A stretch of DNA of 55,345 nucleotides from Arenicellales bacterium (GTDB lineage Bacteria; Pseudomonadota; Gammaproteobacteria; Arenicellales; JAOTWM01), in contig CAXMMZ010000129.1 in assembly GCA_964194565.1 (NCBI GenBank), positions 1 to 55,345 on the forward strand, in the 5' to 3' direction. A program made the translations under genes and the position numbers. Each line of letters starts with the position of its first letter. The stretch's first letter is position 1. The notes under the pieces were generated by a model. The model saw only the letters and a program-made list of their open reading frames with translations. It had not been told where the DNA came from and did no database searches. This document shows, piece by piece, positions 1-9,483 of the stretch.

Positions 1-206
1 CGTGGTTGCGATAATTCCAATACTGTATGAGCGCGCGACTCGAGCCAGCCGCGTTGGAAGTCGGCGGTTAATACACGCAGTACTTGCCGGTGCCGGATTC
101 GGTCGATATATGCTTCGTAGTAGTTCTCGATTTCGCGCCCGAACCAATACGGCGTAACGGCGGCGATTACCACCATTACTACAACCGCCATAACTAATCT
201 TCGCAT
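1..206 (-). CDS. YdgA/DUF945 family protein, N-terminal part (runs off window start)
   Basis: Manual translation from ATG at 206: MRRLVMAVVVMVVIAAVTPYWFGREIENYYEAYI...DFQRGWLESRAHTVLEL; hydrophobic anchor + P-x-W-x-G and RGW motifs typical of DUF945. Confidence 0.7.
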   Translation of the reverse strand, partial: MRRLVMAVVVMVVIAAVTPYWFGREIENYYEAYIDRIRHRQVLRVLTADFQRGWLESRAHTVLELSQP

Positions 207-305
207 GGCTAAACAGAGACCAGCCCTCGCGCGCGGTGCCCGCAGCACTTATGCGTGAACAATTATTCCCGCAGTGTAGCCGTGCCGCGTTTCGTCATCG
301 CCGGG

Positions 306-548
306 TTAGGTGTCGAGAGACTTATGGGTACCATCGCAATACGGTTTGTTGGCGGAATGTTTACAACCACATAACGCAAGCGTCGCGGGTTCGGAGATTT
401 CCAATTTGATCGGAGTGAAGTCTGTGCCTTTGTGGGAACCGTCGCAAAATGGCTGCTTTTTGGATCGACCGCATTGACACCACCAATAGGCACCGGGCTC
501 GAGAGTCGTCGGGTAGGGACTTTTCTGCGCAATCACCGGGTCGGCCAT
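306..548 (-). CDS. CDGSH iron-sulfur domain protein (two CDGSH-type motifs)
   Basis: WCQCGRSKKQPFCDGSH and LCGCKHSANKPYCDGTH motifs; GGAG RBS upstream. Confidence 0.92.
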   Translation of the reverse strand: MADPVIAQKSPYPTTLEPGAYWWCQCGRSKKQPFCDGSHKGTDFTPIKLEISEPATLALCGCKHSANKPYCDGTHKSLDT

Positions 549-693
549 CGATATCTCCTTAGGTCATGACGGAGGCACATTACGCCCGCATCATACCGTC
601 GAACGATATCCATGGGTAGCGCGACTCGGCGTGCGTTGCGCCACGCTGTACGGGGTTTGTCGCGGGGCGAGCAGACTTCATGCCAGGTCGCGG

Positions 694-1440
694 CTAGAAC
701 GACATGTACATACCACCGTTTACCGGAATGTTGGCCCCCGTTATATAGCTCGTTTCGACGCCGCACAAAAAACCCACCACGTGGGCAATTTGTTGCGGCT
801 GACCCATGTCTCCGCAGGGGATGCCTTGCACGATCTCATTTCGAATCTGTTCCGGTACGGCCATCGTCATCTCGGTTTGAATAAACCCCGGAGAGACAGT
901 GTTCACTGTTATTCCGTTACGCGCGACTTCTTGAGCCAGCGCCATTGTGAACCCGTGCATGCCGGCTTTCGCGGCGGAATAGTTGGTTTGGCCGAATTGG
1001 CCACGCTGGCCGTTCACCGAGGAGATATTAATGATTCGGCCAAAGCCACGACTCGACATGCCCTCGATGACCTGCCGCGTCACGTTGAATACACTGCTAA
1101 GATTGGTATCGATAACGGCTTGCCATTGATCGTGCTCCATTTTGCACAGGGTTTTATCCTTGGTGATACCCGCGCAGTTCACGAGGATGTCGACCGCACC
1201 GATGCGGGATTCGATACCACGCACCATGCTCCGGCTGGAGTCGAAACACGCGACATCGCCGGCCACGATTTCGACCTGGTATTCATCGGCCAACAGGCGT
1301 TCCTGCCAAGCTTTAGCGGACTCCGCATCGCCCGGCAGATAGCCGGCCACGACGCGGTAGCCCTGGCCGCTCAGTTGCTGGCAAATAGCGGTACCGATTC
1401 CACCCGTACCGCCCGTTACCAATGCGATTTGTTGTGCCAT
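694..1440 (-). CDS. phaB: Acetoacetyl-CoA reductase (PhaB paralog 1)
   Basis: SDR: VTGGTGGIG, NCAGIT, GQFGQTNYSAAK; in PHA cluster; start placed at MAQQ (1440) because of the upstream GGGGGA RBS. Confidence 0.9.
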   Translation of the reverse strand: MAQQIALVTGGTGGIGTAICQQLSGQGYRVVAGYLPGDAESAKAWQERLLADEYQVEIVAGDVACFDSSRSMVRGIESRIGAVDILVNCAGITKDKTLCKMEHDQWQAVIDTNLSSVFNVTRQVIEGMSSRGFGRIINISSVNGQRGQFGQTNYSAAKAGMHGFTMALAQEVARNGITVNTVSPGFIQTEMTMAVPEQIRNEIVQGIPCGDMGQPQQIAHVVGFLCGVETSYITGANIPVNGGMYMSF

Positions 1441-1455
1441 ACACATTCCCCCAGG

Positions 1456-1492
1456 CTATGGTGCACTGCATCAATGATGCGGTGCACCATAG
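1456..1492. promoter_or_regulatory. Near-perfect 37-bp palindrome with two TGC-N2-TGCA motifs; putative PhaR operator upstream of phaB
   Basis: CTATGGTGCACTGCATCA-A-TGATGCGGTGCACCATAG (1 mismatch); TGCACTGCA and TGCGGTGCA resemble described TGC-rich PhaR boxes. Confidence 0.6.
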
Positions 1493-1522
1493 TGCAGGCT
1501 GAGTCCGGCTGTCAATGTCGGG

Positions 1523-1775
1523 CTAGCCCGGATAATTCGTGAAGGGTTCGGACTTCAGGGAAAATCGAGCTAAGGAGTCGGTGCAATCGTCTGCGGGTTC
1601 ATAGCCGTAACTATGGATTAATGGGGATCGTGCCGAATACGACGCCCGATTTTTCTGGGAACTCCGAACAGGACAAACTGTGCCGTCGCCCCGTACCTTA
1701 ATACCAAAGGTAACCGGTTCAAATATTGAGAAGATTCTTGGTCCCTGCTCCGCCTTCGTGAAATATCCGGGCTAG
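1523..1775 (+). mobile_element. MITE family A, full-length copy 1 (253 bp)
   Basis: Imperfect 23-bp terminal inverted repeats CTAGCCCGGATAATTCGTGAAGG ... CCTTCGTGAAATATCCGGGCTAG; aligns along its length with 21440-21690; internal hairpin apex CATAGCCGTAACTATG (1600-1615). Confidence 0.88.
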
Positions 1776-1862
1776 GTCTCTGACTCAAGGGCGATGCGAC
1801 CACGCAGCGGGAGAGCACACTACCAGCCCATCGCGGTCACACCACGACGAACCGAGAACGGG

Positions 1863-2345
1863 CTAATCGGAGTCTTCGCGCGCCTTATCGGGGGACCCGG
1901 AACTTGGTCCGGTACCCATCAATGCGCGTTGTGCGTCCTGCCAGATCTCGAGGTTGCGCTGGGTGATTTCCGTGAAGGCGGTGACCGGATCACCGCTGAC
2001 CATCTTGCCCAGTTGCGCGCGATAAAGCTCTTGCTGCTCCCCGAACAACTCCAGACTTTTAGATAAGTAACTTGTAAATACGTCTTGGGTCGCACCGCCG
2101 TAAGAGCGGATTATGTGGGTGAGTATATCGGTTGTGAATAGCGGCCGATCTTCCGCCTCTTGCTCGGCAATTATTTGCAATAGCACCGTACGGGTGATGT
2201 CGGCACCGGTGCTGGCATCGCGAACTTCGAAATCATCGCCGTCGAGTACTAACTTACGGAGGTCCCCAAGGGTGATATAGCGGCTCAGCTCGGTGTCGTA
2301 TAAACGCCGATTCGGATATTTTTTGACAATGCGCGGTTTAGACAT
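1863..2345 (-). CDS. phaR: Polyhydroxyalkanoate synthesis repressor PhaR
   Basis: N-terminal KKYPNRRLYDTE.SRYITL and D.TR..LLQII.EQE signature; PHA cluster context. Confidence 0.95.
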   Translation of the reverse strand: MSKPRIVKKYPNRRLYDTELSRYITLGDLRKLVLDGDDFEVRDASTGADITRTVLLQIIAEQEAEDRPLFTTDILTHIIRSYGGATQDVFTSYLSKSLELFGEQQELYRAQLGKMVSGDPVTAFTEITQRNLEIWQDAQRALMGTGPSSGSPDKAREDSD

Positions 2346-2353
2346 AGCTATGC

Positions 2354-2383
2354 AGGTCGGCGCGAAGCGTTCGCACCCGACCT
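2354..2383. other. Intergenic stem-loop between phaB and phaR (possible mRNA-stability or REP-like hairpin)
   Basis: AGGTCGG-CGCGAA-GCG-TTCGCA-CCCGACCT; no U-tract. Confidence 0.4.
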
Positions 2384-2390
2384 CGGTACT

Positions 2391-3113
2391 TTAATACATA
2401 TGTTGCCCGCCGTTAATATCGACTGTAGATCCAGTAATGAATTCCGCACCATCCGCCACCAAAAACACCACCCCACGCGCGATATCCTCGGCACGCCCCA
2501 AACGCCCGACCGGAATCGTTGCGATGATCTTCTCTAACACCGCCTCCGGCACCGCGCGCACCATGTCAGTATCGACGTAGCCCGGGGCGATGGCGTTTAC
2601 GGTGATGCCACGAGACGCGCCCTCCAGAGCCAAGGCTTTGGTGAACCCATGGATGCCGGATTTCGCCGCGGCGTAATTGACCTGGCCGTATTGGCCGGCT
2701 TGACCATTGATGGAACCGATGTTGACGATGCGCCCGAAGCCGCGACTGCGCATTCCTTCGATGACGTGGCGGCACATATTAAAACATGACGACAGATTGG
2801 TTTGGATCACCTCGTTCCACTGCGCAAAGTCCATACGGTGCAGCGTGCCATCGCGGGTGATACCGGCGTTGTTGACCAGCACGTCAACCGGTCCAATATC
2901 ACTTTCGATTTGTGCCACGCCCTCGCCGCATTGACCGAAGTCGCTCACGTCGAATTTATAGGTGCGGATACCCGTAGCTTTCGAAAATTCGTTGGCGCGC
3001 TCATCGTTGCCCGCATAAGTGGCGGCAACGCCATAGCCCGCATCGTGTAACGCGGTAGAAATTGCCGCACCGATGCCGCGCGTACCACCTGTCACAACAG
3101 CTACTCTACCCAT
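2391..3113 (-). CDS. phaB: Acetoacetyl-CoA reductase (PhaB paralog 2)
   Basis: VTGGTRGIG, NNAGITRD, GQYGQVNYAAAK; directly downstream of phaA. Confidence 0.93.
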   Translation of the reverse strand: MGRVAVVTGGTRGIGAAISTALHDAGYGVAATYAGNDERANEFSKATGIRTYKFDVSDFGQCGEGVAQIESDIGPVDVLVNNAGITRDGTLHRMDFAQWNEVIQTNLSSCFNMCRHVIEGMRSRGFGRIVNIGSINGQAGQYGQVNYAAAKSGIHGFTKALALEGASRGITVNAIAPGYVDTDMVRAVPEAVLEKIIATIPVGRLGRAEDIARGVVFLVADGAEFITGSTVDINGGQHMY

Positions 3114-3157
3114 AATTATTTTCTCCTAAAATTGTCGTATAGCTCCGTCGCATAAAT

Positions 3158-4339
3158 CTACCGTTGTACCGCGATAGCAACGCCTTGTCCGCCGCCGATA
3201 CAAAGCGTAGCGAGTCCGCGCTGTGCGTCGCGGCGTTGCATTTCATACAACAGAGTAACCAAAATACGTGCGCCGGATGCGCCGATCGGATGACCGAGCG
3301 CGATCGCGCCGCCGTTTACATTGACCTTGGACTCATCCCAGCCCAATTCGCGATTGACCGATAGTGCCTGCGCCGCGAACGCCTCATTGGCTTCGATCAA
3401 ATCCAAATCAGCAACGTCCCAGCCTGCCTTATCAAGACAACGACGGGTCGCGGGGATCGGGCCCGTCCCCATAATTGCCGGGTCCACACCGGCGCTCGCG
3501 TAGGCGACAACGCGGGCGAGCGGCTCAATGCCGAGTTGCTGTGCCTTGGAGCCACTAGAGACAACCAGCGCCGCGGCGCCGTCGTTGAGTCCGGACGCAT
3601 TGCCCGCTGTGACCGTACCGTCGCGACTAAACGCCGCGCGGAGCTTCCCCAGTGACTCCGCCGTGGTGCCGTGGCGCGGAAACTCGTCATGCTCAAACAA
3701 CAACGCTTCGCCCTTGCGCTGGGGGACACTCACCGCAACGATCTCGTCGCGAAATCGATCGGACTTCTGCGCCGCTTCCGCTTTGGTTTGAGAGGCGGCT
3801 GCGAATTGATCTTGCTGCTCACGGCTGAGCTGAAACTGTGTAGCGATGTTCTGCGCCGTATTGCCCATGTGATAGTCGTTAAACGCATCCCACAAACCGT
3901 CCACAATCATCGAGTCTTTGAGCTGCCAGTCTCCCATTTTTACGCCATCGCGTGATTTCGGGAGCACGTGGGGGGCACGGCTCATGCTTTCTTGTCCGCC
4001 GGCCACGATCAGATCGGCGTCGCCACATCGGATCGCCTGCGTCGCCAGATGCACCGCTTTCAGACCGCTTCCACACACTTTGTTGATAGTCATAGCCGGC
4101 ACGGTATCCGGTATACCCGCTTCCATCGCGGCCTGCCGGGCGGGATTTTGGCCACTGCCGGCCGTTAATACTTGGCCGAGAATCACTTCGTCGATGTCGG
4201 ACACACCGACACCACTGCGACCAAGAACACCTTGAATGACGGCCGCCCCCAACTGACTGCCGGATAATGCCGCCAAAGATCCACCAAAATTGCCGATCGG
4301 GGTGCGACCAGCCGCGAGGATTACCACATCTTCTTGCAT
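3158..4339 (-). CDS. phaA: Acetyl-CoA acetyltransferase (beta-ketothiolase)
   Basis: [27 protein letters not shown] thiolase motifs. Confidence 0.95.
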   Translation of the reverse strand: MQEDVVILAAGRTPIGNFGGSLAALSGSQLGAAVIQGVLGRSGVGVSDIDEVILGQVLTAGSGQNPARQAAMEAGIPDTVPAMTINKVCGSGLKAVHLATQAIRCGDADLIVAGGQESMSRAPHVLPKSRDGVKMGDWQLKDSMIVDGLWDAFNDYHMGNTAQNIATQFQLSREQQDQFAAASQTKAEAAQKSDRFRDEIVAVSVPQRKGEALLFEHDEFPRHGTTAESLGKLRAAFSRDGTVTAGNASGLNDGAAALVVSSGSKAQQLGIEPLARVVAYASAGVDPAIMGTGPIPATRRCLDKAGWDVADLDLIEANEAFAAQALSVNRELGWDESKVNVNGGAIALGHPIGASGARILVTLLYEMQRRDAQRGLATLCIGGGQGVAIAVQR

Positions 4340-4385
4340 TTGACCTGCCTCTTAGTCCTTGCCAGGATAGGGACGATACGCCGGA

Positions 4386-4404
4386 ATTGTTGCAATGCAA
4401 CAAT
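4386..4404. promoter_or_regulatory. Palindrome in the divergent phaA/phaE promoter region; putative PhaR operator
   Basis: ATTGTTGCA-A-TGCAACAAT, perfect 9-bp arms containing TGCAATGCA. Confidence 0.6.
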
Positions 4405-4470
4405 ACACATTGTTACCCTGCCGATCAAGCGATCGATCGCAGCACCGTTAATCGTACCCAACCCAAAAAA

Positions 4471-5241
4471 ATGTCCTGGCATTCAGACTGGCTAGACCTG
4501 CAACGCCGGAGTCTCGACCTCGGAAACGGACTCGGTGCGCAATTGCTCGAACACGGCAACGCGTATTTCGAGTTCATCACCGCGTTGCACGACGCCAGCG
4601 TCATAGACAACAGCCAAGGTGACAAATCAGCGAACGGACTGGCGGCACTGCAGTCAATGTTGACGTCGCCGGTAACGTCCACAAATCGAACAAATGGCCT
4701 GTGGGATCGACCGTTGGCGCATTGGCAGCGAATCGCGGACCAGTGGCTTGCATCGATTGCCGGTGATAGTGCTAACCAGGAGCGGTCGGAATTGTTACAC
4801 GAGTCGCAACGGTTAGGACACGATTACCAGCAATTCGCGGTGCGCTACGCGCAAGTGCATCGCGACATCGCGATGCAGGCCGCGGGGCAATTGCAGCGCA
4901 CGCTGTCCGAGCGCGATGCCGATGCGCCGCTGAGTGGGCGCGCGGTCTATGACATATGGATCGATTGTTGCGAGGACCAATATGCGCGAACCGTCGCGAC
5001 CGAGGAGTACGCGAAATTGCAGGGTCAAATGATCAATGCGGCGCTCGCAATTCAACGGACACAACGTCGGCTTGCCGAGCGAGTGCAGACGGCGCAGGAG
5101 GGTCCTACGCGCCGTGAATTCGATACGCTGCAGCAACGATTGCAAGACGTAGAGGCGGAACTCGACCGTCTGCGCCGTGAGTCCAAGCCGCGCGCGGCGG
5201 GCAAACGCCCGCGTAGCGGCCAGCGGCAAACAAAGCAATGA
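4471..5241 (+). CDS. phaE: Class III PHA synthase subunit PhaE
   Basis: YDIWIDCCE..Y...VATEEY..LQG..INA and PTR.E.D.L..RL motifs; ATGA overlap with phaC; start at MSWH is my estimate. Confidence 0.85.
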   Translation: MSWHSDWLDLQRRSLDLGNGLGAQLLEHGNAYFEFITALHDASVIDNSQGDKSANGLAALQSMLTSPVTSTNRTNGLWDRPLAHWQRIADQWLASIAGDSANQERSELLHESQRLGHDYQQFAVRYAQVHRDIAMQAAGQLQRTLSERDADAPLSGRAVYDIWIDCCEDQYARTVATEEYAKLQGQMINAALAIQRTQRRLAERVQTAQEGPTRREFDTLQQRLQDVEAELDRLRRESKPRAAGKRPRSGQRQTKQ

Positions 5242-6314
5242 CGGCGTCGCCTTGGATCGATAGTGCGACCCGCGAGTTTGCGGAATTCAGCCGTAAGCTT
5301 GGCAGCGGCGCGGCGCGGCTCGCCGAACTCAAAGATATCGATGTCGGTCCGACCCCAAAGCATGCGCTTTACCACGAAGATAAACTCACGTTATTTCACT
5401 ACGAATGGAGTTCCCCCGAGCCGCGCATTCCGCTGCTGATCGTGTATGCGCTCGTAAATCGGCCGTATATGACTGACCTACAAACGGACCGATCACTCAT
5501 TCGCGGGCTGTTGGCCGCGGGGATCGATGTCTACCTGATCGACTGGGGATACCCGGATCACGACGACCGGCACATTGGTCTTGGCGAGTATGTCACTGGC
5601 TACATCGATCGCTGTGTCGACGTGGTTCGCTCTCGGCACCAGATCGATCGTGTCAATGTTCTCGGTATTTGCCAAGGCGGCACATTGAGTTTGTGCTACA
5701 CCGCCCTGTTTGCCGATAAGGTCAAAAATCTCATTACCATGGTGACCCCGGTCGACTTTCATACCGAAGACAACGTGCTAAGCCGTTGGCTGCGATATAT
5801 CGATGTGGATTTGTTGGTGGATAACCTCGGTAACGTACCGGGGGAACTGCTGAATTGGATATTTCTGTCGCTAAAACCGTACCGCCTCAGCAGCCAAAAA
5901 TACGTCGACATGGTAGACATCCTCGATGATGCGGCGAAACTGAAGAATTTCCTGCGCATGGAGAAGTGGATTTTCGACAGTCCGGACCAAGCCGGTGAAG
6001 CATTCCGCCAATTCGCCAAAGATTTTTTTCAAAACAATAAGCTAATTAGTGGCGACGTATCGATCGCCGGCCGAAATGTTGATCTACGCAACATTAGTAT
6101 GCCGTTACTCAACATTTACGCGACGCAGGATCATCTCGTACCGCCGGCCGCATCGACCGCGCTACGGACAGTGGTGGGGAGCGACGACTACGACGAACTC
6201 GCTTTTGACGGCGGCCACATCGGCATTTATGTGAGCGGCCGCGCACAACGCCAAATTCCCCCAGCGATTGCCGATTGGTTAGCGCTGCGCGATGCAGGAA
6301 CGGATACGGCGTAA
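5238..6314 (+). CDS. phaC: Class III PHA synthase subunit PhaC
   Basis: VYALVNRPY, lipase-like box GICQGG, DHLVPP, GGHIG; 358 aa. Confidence 0.96.
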   Translation: MTASPWIDSATREFAEFSRKLGSGAARLAELKDIDVGPTPKHALYHEDKLTLFHYEWSSPEPRIPLLIVYALVNRPYMTDLQTDRSLIRGLLAAGIDVYLIDWGYPDHDDRHIGLGEYVTGYIDRCVDVVRSRHQIDRVNVLGICQGGTLSLCYTALFADKVKNLITMVTPVDFHTEDNVLSRWLRYIDVDLLVDNLGNVPGELLNWIFLSLKPYRLSSQKYVDMVDILDDAAKLKNFLRMEKWIFDSPDQAGEAFRQFAKDFFQNNKLISGDVSIAGRNVDLRNISMPLLNIYATQDHLVPPAASTALRTVVGSDDYDELAFDGGHIGIYVSGRAQRQIPPAIADWLALRDAGTDTA

Positions 6315-6344
6315 ACCGTTGCCTATTAACCGAGACACACTAGG

Positions 6345-6437
6345 CTAGTCGGCCCGATCTCCGGTAAATTCATGGCGGCGAATTCGTCTGAAATTTAAAG
6401 TAATTTAATGAGTTATGGCTTTTTCAGGGCCGAATAG
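6345..6437 (+). mobile_element. MITE family B, copy 1 (~93 bp)
   Basis: Ends CTAGTCGGCC ... GGCCGAATAG; aligns with the reverse complement of 16644-16735. Confidence 0.75.
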
Positions 6438-6438
6438 G

Positions 6439-7065
6439 CTACCCGGATTTAGCGCCGGAAATTCGTAATCGTATCGCGTTAATTCCTTGCTCGGAAAGTT
6501 GGCGATGGGTTTTCGCGAGCTTGCCAAAATTGATGAATGGTCCCAAGCGCACGCGGTGGTAGACGCCTTCGCCTTCAATGCTGACTGGCTGGATATGGGA
6601 CTCCAAACCCGACAGCGCGAGCTTGGCCTTCAATCGATCGGCATCCTTGAAATTCCCATAGGAGCCCACCTGTAGAAAGTAGAACACGCCTTGTTCGGTC
6701 TCCCCCTTTTCGATCGGCTCGGAATCCGGTTTTGACGCGTCGTCCGGCGCTGGTAGATATTCGATTTTGGTATTCGGTAGCACCTTATAAAATTCGAGTT
6801 TCGTAGACGGCGCAGCGACTTCGGCCTGGACCGCAACACTGGGTTCGGACCCAGCATCCGTCGATCGCGACTTCGATGCCTCTATCAACGCGCGCAGACC
6901 ACCGCCGATCGTAGCCGGTTGCTCGCTATTGATGCCGTACCACAGCGCAGTCGCCGCCGCACCCACCACCATACCGATGGTCAGCATGCCGAGCCCGGGC
7001 GCATCGATGCCGAATCGGCGCGCGGGCTTGGCTTTGGTGGTAGAGCGGCGCTGCGCCTGACTCAT
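6439..7065 (-). CDS. SPOR domain cell-division protein (FtsN-like)
   Basis: N-terminal TM, EFY..LP motif, C-terminal LQVGSY...A..L.A.L...G...HRVRLGPF SPOR domain; follows argS. Confidence 0.88.
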   Translation of the reverse strand: MSQAQRRSTTKAKPARRFGIDAPGLGMLTIGMVVGAAATALWYGINSEQPATIGGGLRALIEASKSRSTDAGSEPSVAVQAEVAAPSTKLEFYKVLPNTKIEYLPAPDDASKPDSEPIEKGETEQGVFYFLQVGSYGNFKDADRLKAKLALSGLESHIQPVSIEGEGVYHRVRLGPFINFGKLAKTHRQLSEQGINAIRLRISGAKSG

Positions 7066-7075
7066 GGCGAACGCA

Positions 7076-8818
7076 TCACATCGTCGCCGCCGCGGCGACG
7101 CCGAGTAACAGTAAACCGTTGCGAATCACGCGGCGGGTCGCGTCGATGAGCGCGAGCCGCGCATCGCGCAACTCCGGTGGCGACGCGAGAAACGGATGGG
7201 CGTTGTAATAAGTATGGAAATCATTGGCCAAACTGCGCAGATAATACGCGACTTGATGCGGCTCGTATGCCAGCGCCGCCGCTGCGATCACTTCCGGGAA
7301 ACGGGATAATGACCGCAATAGTTCGATCTCATGGTCAGCGGTGAGCAATGTGTAGTCCGCGTCGTGTTGCCAGCCGGTGTCGATGTTTTTCTCGATCAGC
7401 TGACGAAACACGCTGCAGATCCGTGCGTGTGCATACTGCACGTAGTACACCGGGTTATCGTTAGATTGCGATTTCGCCAAATCCAGGTCGAAATCCAAAT
7501 GTTGCTCGGGTTTGCGTAACGCATAGAAAAACCGAGCGGCATCGTCACCGACTTCGGAACGCAACTCGCGTAAGGTCACAAACTCTCCGCTGCGGGTCGA
7601 CATTGCGACTTTCTCACCGGATCGATATAGCACCGCGAACTGCACAAACAAGATGATCAAATGATCAGGTCGGTTGCCAAGGGCCGCCATCGAACCCTTG
7701 ACGCGGGCCACATAACCGTGATGGTCCGCACCCCATATGTTAATCATCGTATCGTAGCCGCGTTGCGCCTTGTTGTACTGATAAGCGATGTCCGACGCAA
7801 AATACGTGGAATTTCCATTGGCACGTCTGACCACTCGATCTTTCTCATCGCCAAACGCACTGGAGCGAAACCACAAAGCACCTTCCGACTCATAGACGTG
7901 CTGGCTTTGCTGTAACGAATCTATCACGCCATCAATGGCGCAGGATTCGACGAGTTCGCTTTCGAAAAACCAGCGATCGTAATCGACCCCGAATTCATGC
8001 AAATCAGAGCGGATATCTTCCACCAGTTCGTCACGAGTTAAAGTGAATAAGACGGAGTAGTGGTCTGCACCCAACGCCGATCGGGTACGCTTGATCAATT
8101 CGTCCAAACGCCGGTCCGGATCGTCTCCCAACTTGCTTGCCAGGTCGGCCTCAGCCCGCACTAGGCGCTGTTGCTGTAACTCGCGAAGTTTGGCGGCGAT
8201 ATCTCGTATGTAGTCGCCCTGGTAGGCGTTGTCCGGAAAGTCGATCTCAATACCGCATAATTCCAGGTATCGCAACCACACGCTAAGCGCGAGAATATCC
8301 ATCTGCCGCCCAGCATCGTTGACATAGTATTCGCTGTCTGCGGCAAAGCCCGCCGCCCGCAATACCCGCACCAGTGCGTCCCCATAGGCCGCGCCGCGGC
8401 CGTGTCCGACGTGCAGTGGACCGGTTGGATTGGCGGACACGAATTCCACAAGTACTCTGCGGCCATGCCCGCCATCGCTGCGGCCATAGGCGTCGTCGGC
8501 CTTACGGATTTCACCGATAACGCGATACAGCGCCTGCTTGGTGACGAAGAAATTCAGAAACCCGGGCCCAGCTAACTCAACCCGTTCTAACAGTGCTGAC
8601 GGCGGTAAACAATCAATGAGCTTCGTTGCCAACACACGCGGCGGCATCCGCGCCGTTTTGGCACAAACCAGCGCGATGTTGGAGGCGAAATCCCCATGCT
8701 CAGCCTGCCGGGCGCGTTCAACGTGGATCGCATTGATATCCGGGACCTGAGTCAGGGCACCGGTATCACGTAATGCGGTAAGCGCAGTGGCGATGAGTTC
8801 GCGGATTTGTGCCTTCAC
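7076..8818 (-). CDS. argS: Arginine--tRNA ligase
   Basis: EFVSANPTGPLHVGHGR (HIGH-like), WGADHHGY, MSTRSG, YVQYAHARI. Confidence 0.98.
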   Translation of the reverse strand: MKAQIRELIATALTALRDTGALTQVPDINAIHVERARQAEHGDFASNIALVCAKTARMPPRVLATKLIDCLPPSALLERVELAGPGFLNFFVTKQALYRVIGEIRKADDAYGRSDGGHGRRVLVEFVSANPTGPLHVGHGRGAAYGDALVRVLRAAGFAADSEYYVNDAGRQMDILALSVWLRYLELCGIEIDFPDNAYQGDYIRDIAAKLRELQQQRLVRAEADLASKLGDDPDRRLDELIKRTRSALGADHYSVLFTLTRDELVEDIRSDLHEFGVDYDRWFFESELVESCAIDGVIDSLQQSQHVYESEGALWFRSSAFGDEKDRVVRRANGNSTYFASDIAYQYNKAQRGYDTMINIWGADHHGYVARVKGSMAALGNRPDHLIILFVQFAVLYRSGEKVAMSTRSGEFVTLRELRSEVGDDAARFFYALRKPEQHLDFDLDLAKSQSNDNPVYYVQYAHARICSVFRQLIEKNIDTGWQHDADYTLLTADHEIELLRSLSRFPEVIAAAALAYEPHQVAYYLRSLANDFHTYYNAHPFLASPPELRDARLALIDATRRVIRNGLLLLGVAAAATM

Positions 8819-8928
8819 GATTTTGTCGATTGGTAATGGGGTGTAGCGCCGCCCATAGCGGTGGCGGCGCGGCGCGATTCTACCGGGGTTGTTGCCACAG
8901 GCAAAGACCTGCTATTGCCGCTGGAAGG

Positions 8929-9420
8929 TCAGCGCGCCGGTTTGAGGACGCGTTTCACCCTTGGGGTCACAAGCATTATCAACACAACCGCCACCGCAAA
9001 AGCGTATATCCCGGCGTGCGCTTCGACACTGGCAAGCGCACCAAGTTTGACGCTGGCCAAAAGCACAGCCACCACGAACACATCTAACATCGACCATTTA
9101 TTTAGCAGTGATAGCCAATGGAAAAGCTTGGTTTCGGAGTCACTAAATATCCGACTCCGGTTCCAGATTGAAAATAACACCGCGATCTTCATGCCGGGCA
9201 GCACGATGCTAAACCCGAAAATGATTAAACCCAGAATCCATTGCCCTTCGCGAAACAACGCCACAACACCGGAGTAGAGTGAAAATGTGTTGGTAACAAG
9301 CACGAGTTTCTGCAACGTCAGCATCGGCGCAAAAATCCCGAATACCAAGGCCGATGCCGCCGCCAACAATAACGCATTGACGACGGATAGCACCCGATTT
9401 GAAACCGGCGTGATAGTCAT
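8929..9420 (-). CDS. pqiA: Paraquat-inducible protein A family membrane protein (single domain)
   Basis: FSIVLP..KI, KWSMLDVFVVA and G.YAFA..V motifs. Confidence 0.85.
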   Translation of the reverse strand: MTITPVSNRVLSVVNALLLAAASALVFGIFAPMLTLQKLVLVTNTFSLYSGVVALFREGQWILGLIIFGFSIVLPGMKIAVLFSIWNRSRIFSDSETKLFHWLSLLNKWSMLDVFVVAVLLASVKLGALASVEAHAGIYAFAVAVVLIMLVTPRVKRVLKPAR

Positions 9421-9483
9421 CGTTGTTGCGGATCTGCCGGCTGAATTGCGCCGACACCGGGACCACCAACGGTAGCCGGAGAT

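Noticed and set aside
631-1542. 303-aa plus-strand ORF
   Set aside because: Antisense shadow of phaB that ends in the MITE; no recognisable motifs
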